Source: the human T2T-CHM13v2.0 reference genome, Homo sapiens. From it: a DNA stretch of 64,000 bases. Positions 45,550 through 57,829 of the stretch are shown in pieces. The position numbers and the translations under genes were made by a program. Location: assembly GCF_009914755.1 (NCBI RefSeq), contig NC_060947.1. One strand, 5' to 3'. The notes under the pieces were generated by a model that was not told where the DNA came from, made no database searches, and saw only the letters and a list, made by a program, of their open reading frames with translations. Within the stretch, counting starts at the first letter, position 1. Every line of letters starts with the position of its first letter.

Positions 45550-46230
45550 CTATGTCTATATATATCCATATACATATATATACATTATTAGGCTTTTTCT
45601 CATTTTTAGGGCTAAAGTGACTTTCTGTTGAGGCTTTCTGCATCTTATGTGGAGGTAGAGCTCTCCTTTGTCAATATTTTGACTACTGGTACAAAAATAC
45701 AGCATTCAAATATTTGAATTAAAATATAATCCAGGGACAAGCTGAGTATGGCTTGCAAGCTAACTCCAGCCCATGGCTTATTTCTGCACAGCCTTGGAGA
45801 TAAGGATTTTTTTTTACATTTTAAAGTATTTATATATATATATATCTCCTGAATTTTTGTTTCTACCAATTGCTAGGAGGAATGTTGAAGTCTTCAATTA
45901 TAACTGCAGATGTGTCTATTTCTTCTTTCTGATGTATCAGTTTTTCTCTCATATATTTTGAAGTTGCATACATATTCATGGTTTTATGCCTTCTCAATAA
46001 ATGCAACTCTCTATGATTGTTGTGTGATGCCCCACTTCATTCCTTGTAATACTCTCCACTATAAAGTATGCTTTGTGAGGTCTTAATTTAGTACCTCTAG
46101 TTTTTATGTGATTTATATTTGCAAGGTCCATCCTTTACTTTTAACTTATTTATTTCTAACTGGGGTTCTTTTTAACAGTATATAATTTGTTCTTGCTTTT
46201 TTTTACCCAGTCTTATAAACTCTGACTGTT
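43780..46230 (-). mobile_element. Old L1M element containing a (TA)n tract and a 250-bp insertion
   Basis: ORF2-like peptides on the minus strand (LGLIDIFRTTVEYLLFSSVNGMFTKTDDILG; IYTFNVNPIKI). Confidence 0.75.
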
Positions 46231-46799
46231 TTGTTTTTTTTTTTTTGAGACAGGATCTCATTCTGTCTGTGAACATGGATTCCACTTGTGTCTGAGACTT
46301 CCAGGGATTCCAGCTCTCCCAATTGCCTGTGTTTGGCCTTTATGAATGTGTTACATTTTCAGTTGTTTCCTTCTTACCCACTTTTATGGCTGTCATTTCT
46401 TCCATACATGCTGTGCCGGAGGTGACGCAGTTTGTGTGTCTCATCTCTCCTCAGAATGACTTGTCACCCTTTTATATCATGGAACATATATCATGGGAAC
46501 ATGGCTGACTTGTTAGCTCTCTGACGATCTAATAAAAAACTGTAATGTCATACATTATTAGGCTTTTTCTCATTGTTAGGGGTAAAGTGACTTTCTGTTG
46601 AGGCTTTCTGCATCTTATGTGGAGGTAGAGCTCTCCTTTGTCAATATTTTGACTACTGGTACAAAAATACAGTATTGAAATATTTGAATTAAAATATAAT
46701 CCAGGGACAAGCTGGGTATGGCTTGCAAGCTAAATCCAGCCCATGGCTTATTTCTGCACAGCCTTGGAGATAAGGATTTTTTTTACACTTTAAAGTATT
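45580..46799 (+). repeat. Dispersed ~250-bp direct repeat (45580-45830 and 46550-46799)
   Basis: The two copies are 970 bp apart, with about 8 differences by eye. Confidence 0.95.
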
Positions 46800-46900
46800 A
46801 TTTTTTAAAAACACAACAATATGCCACAGAAACGATGTGGCCCATAAAAACTGAAGTATTTACTACCAGGCCCTTTAAAGAAAAATTTGGTGACCCTGTA
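46700..46900. mobile_element. hAT-Charlie MITE (MER58-like)
   Basis: Ends ...TATTTACTACCAGGCCCTTTAAAGAAAAATTTGGTGACCCTG, MER58-type terminal sequence. Confidence 0.6.
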
Positions 46901-47097
46901 TTCATCTAATATCTATTATTCTGCTTTATATTATTGCATACATTTTCATCCATTTATTTATTTACTCACATATTGAAAAGCATGGATTACTTTTTGATCT
47001 TGCCCTATCCCCTCAATAAAGCATCCAGCTTTATGATGCCATGGTCTCAATCTGGGAAACTTGGCCCAGGGCTCAGGTGAATACACAAACATATATC

Positions 47098-47923
<826 letters not shown>

Positions 47924-47924
47924 A

Positions 47925-48270
47925 GTTTCATACCTTGGCTGTTGTAAATAATGCTTCATAAACATGGGAGTGCAGATAACTTTTCAACATACTGATTTCA
48001 TGTCCTTTGGATATATATCCAGTAGTGGGCTAGCAATTTTGAGGGGGAACCTCCATATTCTTTTCCCAGTAATAATGTACAAGTGTTCCATTTTCTCACC
48101 AGAACTTTCATCCTTTTGATAATAGGCACTCTAACGGGTGTGAGATGAGATCTCATTGGTGGTCTTCATTTGGATTTCCCTGATGATTAGTGATGTTGAG
48201 CATTTTTTCATATACCTCTTGGCCCTTTGTATATCTTCTTCTGAGAAATATCTATTCAGATCTTTTGCCT
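47925..48270 (-). mobile_element. L1 (MA/PB-type) fragment
   Basis: AAACATGGGAGTGCAGATA..CCTTTGGATATATATCCAGTAGTGGG. Confidence 0.7.
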
Positions 48271-49681
48271 TGTTTTGTCCTGCTTTTGTTTTGAAATAAG
48301 GTCTCAATCTATGTCATATGATCAAGGCTAACTGCAGTTTCGACCTTCTAAACTCAAGTGATCTTCCCACCTCAGCCTCCTGAGTAGCTGGGACTACAGA
48401 AACGCACCTTTGCTATTAAAAACAGCAAAGTAAAAAGGTAATTTTCACTTTTTTGGGGAGAAAGTTTCTCACAATTGTTAACTGCTTGGAGTTGCATAGT
48501 GTAGCCAATGCCAGTTTTATAATGTTTTTATTCCAATTTTAATTTTAGAAATTTCTTTTAAATGTGATATTCAATGAGTATAAGGTAGAAAAAAATAAGA
48601 GGGAATTTCTTTCATCTCTTAGCTCAGTGCCCACTAAGACACATGCCACAGGTTTTTGGTTCCTTCAGGTTGTTGTAATAGTTAAACCAGAGAACCCATT
48701 AGTAGAAGAATCAATGTCATTGATGTTGCTTTCACAGAAAAGGGACTGGCTCCATAGTCATGATAGTGGAGAAGTTTGGGAGTTAGTAAAGGAGCCAACC
48801 TATGTAAGTTTTGCACAAAAAGAGTTATATAAAAATAGCCAACTTCTGAACCCCATGTACATAATGATAGATGAGAAAATATAAATATATTTGGAAGAGG
48901 CTAAGGCACATTTACAGATGACAGACTCCTAAGTGGCTACTCTGAAAAGCAGAGATATCCTTGAGCATTCAGAGTGATGAACTTTTGTTTCTTGTCTGCT
49001 GACTGAACACCATGATTCCTTGCCTTCACTGCAGTGATAAAACGAATAAAGATAAAGATGGGATAGATGTCAGGACATGCTATTACAGCAAATATCATAG
49101 CCTTCTTTCTGGCACAAAAAGCTACATTCCATTAACTTTAACCAAGCAAAATCAGAATCCAAGGTACTCTCTATCCTCCACCCACCAAATGATACCTAAA
49201 AAGGAAAATTGTCTTTACCAAGAAAATGTACTCAAGATAGCACATTACTATTTATTTCATCAAAGATTTGTGGTTGTATACTCTGTAAAGAAACTTAATA
49301 TTAATTTTCTTGATGTTAAATATTATTTCTTTTCTGATTAAAAAGTAGTAGATGGTTTTTTTAGAAAATTATAAAATATGGAATAGCAGAATCAAAACTA
49401 ACATCCACAATTTCACCACTCTGTGGTAAACAATTTGTTGCACTTCTATCCAGTCTTTTATAATTTACTCATCTCTTAAATTGTACACATATATCAAAAC
49501 ATCATATTGTACCCCATAAATATATATATAATTATTATTTATTAATGAAACATTTCTTAAAAAAGAAAAAAATAATGAAAGCCATCAACAACCTTAAAAC
49601 AATATATAAACAGAAAAATTATTCTTTATATAATATGACAGTGTAAATATTCTTTGTACACACACACAAAAGTCTTGAAAT

Positions 49682-49973
49682 GGGCCGGGCGCGGTGGCTC
49701 ACGCCTGTAATCCCAACACTTTGGGAGGGTGAGGGGCGTGGATTGCTTTAGCTCAGTAGTTCGAGACCAGTCTAGGCAACATGGTGAAACCCTAGCTATA
49801 CAAAAATTAGCCGAGCGTGGTGGTGTGCACCTGTTGTCCCAGCTACTTGGGGAGCAGAGACAGGAAGATTAAGCCCTGGAGGTATAAGGTGCAGTGAGTC
49901 ATGTTTACATGGTGAGCCCCAGACTGGGTGATAAAGTGAGATCCTGTCTCAAAAAAGAAAACAAAAAAAAAAA
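49682..49973 (+). mobile_element. Alu (J-like)
   Basis: Dimer with A-tail and CTTGAAAT flanks. Confidence 0.9.
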
Positions 49974-51029
49974 CCCTTGAAATGAAAAAAAAATTAAAGC
50001 TCAGTGGAAATAATAAAAGTAAATATAAAAATAAAGTAGAAAATTAGAACCCAAACAGTTCAAATTACAAAGATATATGATCACTTACACACTTTCTAGT
50101 AATCTGAGAATAAAAAATAAAGTAAAAATGACATTAAATTTTCTCAGTCAAATTAGAAAACCCTTAATTATTTTTGAAAAAACAAGAAATACCCAATGGA
50201 TGTTTTTCATAATGATGCAGTAAAATGGGTATTTTTATAAATCACCCATTGCTGAAATTTTTTTGTTTATAATTTTCTGTTTTATAATTTTTCAACAAGC
50301 AACATGAAAAACTCAAGATACAAAAGAATGTTTTTAATTATGTTTAAAATAATTTATATTAATGTAAAGACATATTTATGTTATCATGCATACATTTTAG
50401 AAACATTGGTCCACTTAAAAAGCACATAACATTCTTCCAAATATTTTCAAACTCGCATTCGCTCTCTTAATATTTTATGGAACTGTCAATCTATTTCCCA
50501 ACTAATCATTTGAAACCTTTTTCTTTGTTTCTAAACATAATATTAGGAGTTTTTATAATCATCATTAATTATTTCAGAATGCTACTCTACTTATGACAAA
50601 TATACATTTGTACTTTCACGGAGTAGCAGTATAGCAACATATTTAGCATATAAATAGATTTTTATTCAGAGTTACATCTAAAAATATTACCTATCATTGA
50701 AAGCAAATGCTCACATGATAACCACAACTCCAAGTGTTATGGCTTGCTTATAGTACTGATGATGTGTCATTGATTAGATATGATGGTCACATAAGAATGA
50801 TAAGGATCACACCTAGTACAGGGATCCCGGAAATCTTGTTGGCATCAAATTTGGCTACTTGGTCTTCCTAAACATCCTAAGCTGAAAGTGAAGCTGAATA
50901 GAAGATTTAGGACAAGACTTTGTATAAAATGCAAACTTTGAATGACTGTATGCAATGAGAAATACGCCAATAATTAAAGGGATACCTGATTTTAATGAGA
51001 AAGAAAACACTACATTCCCTCTGTAGTTT

Positions 51030-51553
51030 TGAAGTAGAAGAAACGCAGGACTTAATTCCTGGTCCCGAGAGGATGAAGTGAAGAAACCCGCATGAAGCAG
51101 CAGATGGCGATAAGAGCAATCCCTAGCTGCATTCATTGCTTATCAGCATAAAACAGACTCATGACAGTTTACACGACATGGCAGCATTCCAGAAGTTACC
51201 ACCCCTTTCCATGGCAACCACCCAGAAGTTAGTTACTACCACTTTCCATGGCAATGACACAGAAGCTGGCACCCTTTTCCTAGAAAGTTCTAAATAACCC
51301 ACCCCTCAATTTGCGTTAAACTGACTCATAATTTAAAGTAGGTATAAACGAGTATAAATACAGTTGCCAAGAGCCCATAGGTTGCTGACTTCTGGCTCAC
51401 TGCCTGTGACTTAGCCCTACTTGGAAAGGAGAAGTACTGTTCAATAAAAGTATTGCTGTCTAACACCACCAGCTCACACTTGAATTCTCTCCTGGGCAAA
51501 GCCAAGAACCCTCCTGGGCTAAGCTCCAAATCTGGGCTCACCTGTCTTGCATC
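51030..51553 (+). mobile_element. ERV1 LTR (MER66-like), second copy
   Basis: Same motifs as 47098-47923 (CCATGGCAAC..CCAGAAGTTAC, CAATAAAAG..TCTAACACCACC); ends TGCATCA. Confidence 0.7.
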
Positions 51554-52635
51554 AGTTATAAGAGGAGAACGCTTCCAAATATTCCATGATTGCATATTTC
51601 TCAAGTTGATTTGTTAAAAATCTTTCATCTTTGTCATAGTCAATGTGTCATTTATCTAAGCATTATGGCGACATAAAAGCTCAGGTGTAACAGGAATTAG
51701 TATGATTAAAAATTTAGCAGGATTATTGCCCAATAAGATCTAACATCAAATACTGATATTTAATTGCATTGAACTCCTCCAATTATGTAAGGAAAAGTTT
51801 TTAAGAATAAATATTCGTGCTTGAAAATATCTTTGAATACATGTAAAATGGATCAAAACTGAATACCACAGATGTTGCTGTCACTGGATGCCAATAAAGT
51901 ACATAATAGGAACCATAAGACACAATCAATAATAAAGGGGGAAATAAAAGGGAACATATCAAAGCACCATCACACGAGTGCAGAAGCACACACATGAACA
52001 CACCCTGCAGCTGCAGAAAGACATGGTGGGAAGTAAAGCCCCACAACTCATCAGCCTTCCTTCTCACCAACTCATGAGTCCACAAGTGAGTTTGCTGAGA
52101 GTCAAATGCTCACAGTAAAACTGACAAATTTAAACATCACTCAGAGCTATTTCAAGCATTATGTAGAAAGCTACAGACAACAGTGAACTTGCTCTTAGCA
52201 AGTCTTAATCTATCATCCTCATCAATGGCTAAAGAAATTGTCCCTAGACATTTTGTCCAATAACTTCTAAAGTAATGACCTTCAAACTTTTTAAATTACA
52301 ATTCATGGGAAATACATAGTTTGTATATAATTCAGTAGGGAAATAAATATATGTATGTGTATGTGTGTGTGCAGTCTGTTTGAATATTCTATATGCAGTG
52401 AATGCTATTTACTAATTTATTTTATCTCATTTCTTCAAAATGCTGTTTGTGGAGGACAACGTTAATCTTATGAACCACTATGGATGACAAACCAGTATGG
52501 AAAAGATTAAAGCCTTTTCACAAGATATCCTCAATGGTTAATAAGTGTTATTATAGAAGTATATGAAAAGACACATGAGAACCCAATGTTGTCTTCCTCC
52601 TTCGGAATTCAGTCTTTTCAGAAAAAAAATGGTCG

Positions 52636-52927
52636 TTTTTGTTTGTTTTTTTTTTTTTTGTTTTGAGACAGAGTCTCCCTCTGTCACCCCAGTCTTGGCT
52701 CACTGCAACCTCTGCCTCCCAGGTTCAAGCGATTCTCCCACCTTAGCCTGCCGAGTAGCTGGGATTACAGGACTGCACTACCTCACCTGGCCAACTTTTG
52801 TATTTTTAGTAGAGATGGGGTTTCACAATGTTGGCCAGGCTGATCTCGAATTCCTGACCTCAAGTGATCCACCCTTCTCGGCCTCCCAAATTGCTGGGAA
52901 TACAGGTGTGTGCAACTGCACTTGGCC
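52636..52927 (-). mobile_element. AluS
   Basis: Antisense dimer. Confidence 0.9.
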
Positions 52928-54128
52928 AAAAACGTGGTCTTTGATATGGGCCACAAAGGCTACCACAAAATATGTAATTACAGAGGAAATGTGTGTTCCA
53001 TCAGCAGATAACCATGTCTGTTTTGCACAGGTGAAGTGTTACTTGGACAGACATAAAATCACATGCAAAAGGGACAGAAAGTACATGTGACCTCTTGTCC
53101 TCTTGGTATCATGAGGAGGCTTTGTTTGGGCTGCAGCATAGCTGAATGTCATGAATTGCATCCATTCACGCGGACCTCCCTGTGAATGCACAGGGACCTC
53201 CATTTCCCTTTTGTGCTCCCGCTTTATGAGGCAAATAGGGGAGTTGCAATTAACATGGTAGGTAGTAAATAATTTGACCTCAACCAACAAGCAATCTGAA
53301 GAGCTCAGGTGACAGTGTTTACTATGGTACTCTGAAAACTGCCAGCTGCTCAGAATCTGTAGACTTTGTCCCACCCAGCCACAGTCCTGTGGAAATCTCA
53401 GTTTGTTCATATTCCAGTGCTTGGAGGATGGGAAGGTCTTGTCATGTGGTGAAATTGAGCCCACCCACAGGTAGATGGGCTGTGTTGGTCCCAGCTCCAA
53501 CTTCTCCTTTAGCAGCCCTCAGAGTTGCTAGCGTCATGTATCAGGCAAGTCTTCTTGCCTCTAAAGAGTTTCTCATACTTTCTGCTGCTTCCTGTGAGTG
53601 TCACAAGGGCTACTTCACAACTTGCTCCCATCCCAATCCAATTATGATCCTTTGAACTCATCCAGCTGGACCAGGGTCACCTGCCATGGGAATAACAGGA
53701 GGAAGCTCAAATTTGGGAGGAAGTTAAAACCTGCCCTTTGAAGCTGGAGTGTGTCCACTCAGGAATCATTAAAATCCAGGTCCTTGTGAAGCACATCCAT
53801 CCAGCCATCTGATGGCATGACTTTGACCATTTGCTAATTCGATGCTCACAGAAAATCTAAACCCAGATGTCACTATCTCTCATTCTTTGAACATTTCTGA
53901 GTGCACTATACTAAAAACCGGAGTTAATAAGGGAAAAATGCAAGTAAAATTTAGTAATGACAATGTCCTTGCCAAGAAAAAACAAAAAAGATAACAGATA
54001 AACTAAATAATAGTTTATGAGTGCCCTCACTCCTTAAATAAACTTTGAGAACTACAATGACTACTCAAGCCACTTTTTGGAGACAGAGATTGAGGAATCT
54101 CTTTTTTCCTACTCAGGGTATTTCCTTA

Positions 54129-54445
<317 letters not shown>

Positions 54446-55143
54446 AGCTCAACTAGATAGAATATATAGATGTCAGTTCAACAATATATCCTAATTTATT
54501 TATAAAAGGCTACATTCTGATCAGGGCTCCCTTCCTATCCTTCCCTTCCATATACTATTCCCCACATTAACTGCTAGGTAATATAAAAGTAATAAGAACA
54601 GGAGTCATGGACATAGTTTACTGTCTACATTAACAAGAGTTTATATTCCACTGTCTTCATTATCATAATTTTACTAATACAGGAATCTCTTACCAAGGAA
54701 AATAAAAGTTTCAAAAAAACTTTATTGTTCTTTCCAGCAATTGCCTGAAAGATCCATCAACTCCTCAATAAAAAGTGTCAAATGACATTTTTCAATCCCA
54801 AAACTCTTTGAACCCATTGCCTAAAAAGTCTTGTTGCATCCACCAATCCTAAATCATTGTCATTCCTACCCAATTCTAACCAAACCATCCCCCACTTTAA
54901 AATACCCACTTTATACCGGACATGAAAAGCACAACAAATATACCCAAAGCCCTTCCACATCTGACATACTAGTGCCTCTGTGGAGGTAGTGCTCTACCTT
55001 ATAGCTTTATTTAAATAATGTCAGCGCTGTCTTATGAACAGGTTATTTGGCTGCTATTTGGGGAGTAGAGTATATGATGAGCACAGTCACCACTGCTGTA
55101 CATCATGTCACAATAAACTAAGTTTAAATCCTAGGACCAATGT

Positions 55144-55516
55144 TGTATTAGTCCGTTCTCATGCTGCTATAAGGACATACCTGAGAGTGGGTAATTTATA
55201 AAGGAAAGAGGTTTAATTGACTCATAGTTCTGCAGGGCTGGGGAGGCCTCTGGAAACTTAACAATCATGGAAGAAGTGGAAGCAAACACATCCTTCTTCA
55301 CATGGCAGCAGGAGAGAGAAGAGTGAGCAAAAGGGGAAAAGCCCCTTATAAAACCATTAGATCTTGTGAAAACTTACTCACTATCAGGGGAACAGCATGA
55401 AGGTAACCACCCCATGATTACATTACCTCCCACAGGGTCCTTTCCATGACATGTGGGGATTATGGGAACTACAATTCAAGGAGAGATTTGGGTGGGGACA
55501 GAGTCAAACCACATCA
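55144..55516 (-). mobile_element. THE1 (C/D-like) MaLR solo LTR
   Basis: TGTATTAGTCCGTTCTCATGCTGCTATAAGGACATACC...CAAACCACATCA with near-TSD AATGT/TATGT. Confidence 0.9.
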
Positions 55517-55716
55517 TATGTATGGATATTTCTGAACCATACACTGTCTGAATGACCTACAGGTATATTCAGGGAAATCAGTTACCAGTCCAGAGATTAA
55601 AATGTGCAATAATACCACCTAAAAAAGGAAGAGATGTGAATTTATTTAGTCTACAGAAGTGGTTCTATTCATTGGTAGCATGGCAGAAAACCTCAGACCA
55701 GAGAAGGAAGTGATTA

Positions 55717-56016
<300 letters not shown>

Positions 56017-56219
56017 TTATTTCTGTCACAAAAGGTCTTTCTGAGACACATCAACCACTAAGGGTGACATGGGACTCTCTGTTCCCAAAGTTTCTGGATG
56101 CATGAGAATGGTAGGACAAGAGAGAGAGAAAAAAAAATATCTCTTAAGTCCCTTTCTTTCTACTACAAACATACTGGGGATTCTGGTTTTGGGACAGTGG
56201 GAAAACCCTGGCTGGCCTT

Positions 56220-57420
56220 GCATGTGCCTGACTCAGTGTGAACGCCCCTTACTGCCCAAGTCCCTTGTTGCCCATGCGCCTTACTGTCTGCCTTCTGTCC
56301 CAGCAGAGCTGTGCAAAGAGACATCGTGACTTCCTTCTGTCTTGCCGACTAGGAGTCAGCCAGTAGGTCTGCAGTTCAGTAGTCCTAGAAGTTTGAGTGT
56401 GAGTGAGTGTGAGGAGGAGCCTGCGGGCACGATCCATGGCCTCCTAGGTGGAAGGGCTTTGAGGTCCCCGTCCTTCTAACACGCAGCGATGCAGCCATGG
56501 CCTTGCTGTGGTGGGGGTGCCGGACAAGGGAGGGAGAAGGACCATAGATGGGAGGAGGGTCAGGTAAACAAGCAGTGAGTTTTGAAGGGGGAAACTATTT
56601 GTGGTATTTGAGTCCGCGAGGCATATGAAACTGCTTACAGACGATGCATTCCAGAGTCCTCAGTGGGAACCAGGGAGGGGAGGGAGGACTGCATGACGCG
56701 GGATGGGGTGGGGCGAGGCGGGGCACTGCAGCACACAACGCAGGCACCGACTTCAGTGTGCATGTTCCTTGGACACCTGCCTCAGTGTGCATGTTCACTG
56801 GGCATCTTCCCTTCGACCCCTTTGCCCACGTGGTGACCGCTGGGGAGCTGTGAGAGTGTGAGGGGCACGTTCCAGCCGTCTGGACTCTTTCTCTCCTACT
56901 GAGACGCAGCCTATAGGTCCGCAGGCCAGTCCTCCCAGGAACTGAAATGTGAGTGAATGTGAGGAGGAGTGAGCGGGCTTCCAGAGGGTCAGGCGGCGTG
57001 GTCTGTGGCCTCAGAGAGTAAAAAGCTTCCAGGTCATAAGGAAGGTGGGCCGCGGAGTGAAGGGGAGCCAGATGAAGATAGGGTGAATGCTCGGGGTGCT
57101 GTTGGAGGTATCTGAGTCCCGAAAGTGCCTGGAACTCCCAATGGGACAGATTCCAGACTTCTTGGTAGGGACCCAGGAATGGGCTGTGTAAGCGGTAAGA
57201 AAGGGGCCTGGGAAGTGGGAATGCTATGAGCTGGTGACCGCGACCCCGAGGTCTGTAGAGCTCCGGGTAGAAATGTCCAGCGAGGAGCGTCCAGTGATGT
57301 GTCACAACTTCTCAACTCCACCCTGGAGGTTCGAATGGGCGGGACTGTGCTTTCCAACAAAACCTTGATTTTAGGGAGGGAAATCGTCCAAACAAATGGG
57401 TGTGTGACGAAAGCCGTGGT
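56220..57420. promoter_or_regulatory. CpG/GC-rich XAGE2 promoter region
   Basis: Local excess of CpG and GC-box-like GGGGCG motifs (56701-56725) against an AT-rich background. It surrounds exon 1. Confidence 0.7.
56790..56948 (+). other. XAGE2: XAGE2 non-coding exon 1 (5' end approximate)
   Basis: Lies in a CpG-rich region and ends at a strong donor GAAAT|GTGAGT (56949). It would join the acceptor TTTGCAG|AGTGAAATATG at 57741. Confidence 0.8.
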
Positions 57421-57740
57421 CACTGCAGTTTTAATTCTCTAGCTGTATAAACTTAAATGTCTCCACTATGGAGAATCCAACTGTGAAACCAAATCTCATC
57501 AGAAATATCCTGTATCTTTTGCCAGGAGCATTAAGACATTGCTCTGCTAGATTGCCCAACTTAAGTGGCTATGCAAGCATTCGATTCAGAAGATGTACAC
57601 ACTTCTAGTTGCCCTGGGACTTACTTTCAAATTATTTCCAAACTTTTTTAAAAACTGAAATTTAACATTTGGCCATGAAAGTGGTCAAATACAGCTATCC
57701 TCTCAAACACACTTTCCCAATCACAGTATTCTGTTTGCAG

Positions 57741-57829
57741 AGTGAAATATGAGTTGGCGAGGAAGATCAACATATAGGCCTAGGCCAAGAAGAAGTTTAC
57801 AGCCTCCTGAGCTGATTGGGGCTATGCTT
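57741..57829 (+). CDS. XAGE2: XAGE2 exon 2 (ATG at 57749; MSWRGRST...IGAML)
   Basis: Acceptor ctgtttgcag, donor CTT|GTGAGT, GAGE-family N-terminus MSWRGRS-YRPRPRR. Confidence 0.93.

Noticed and set aside
56595-57305. 236-aa antisense ORF over the XAGE2 promoter
   Set aside because: GC-rich sequence is depleted of stops, the start is non-ATG, and I see no recognisable domain.
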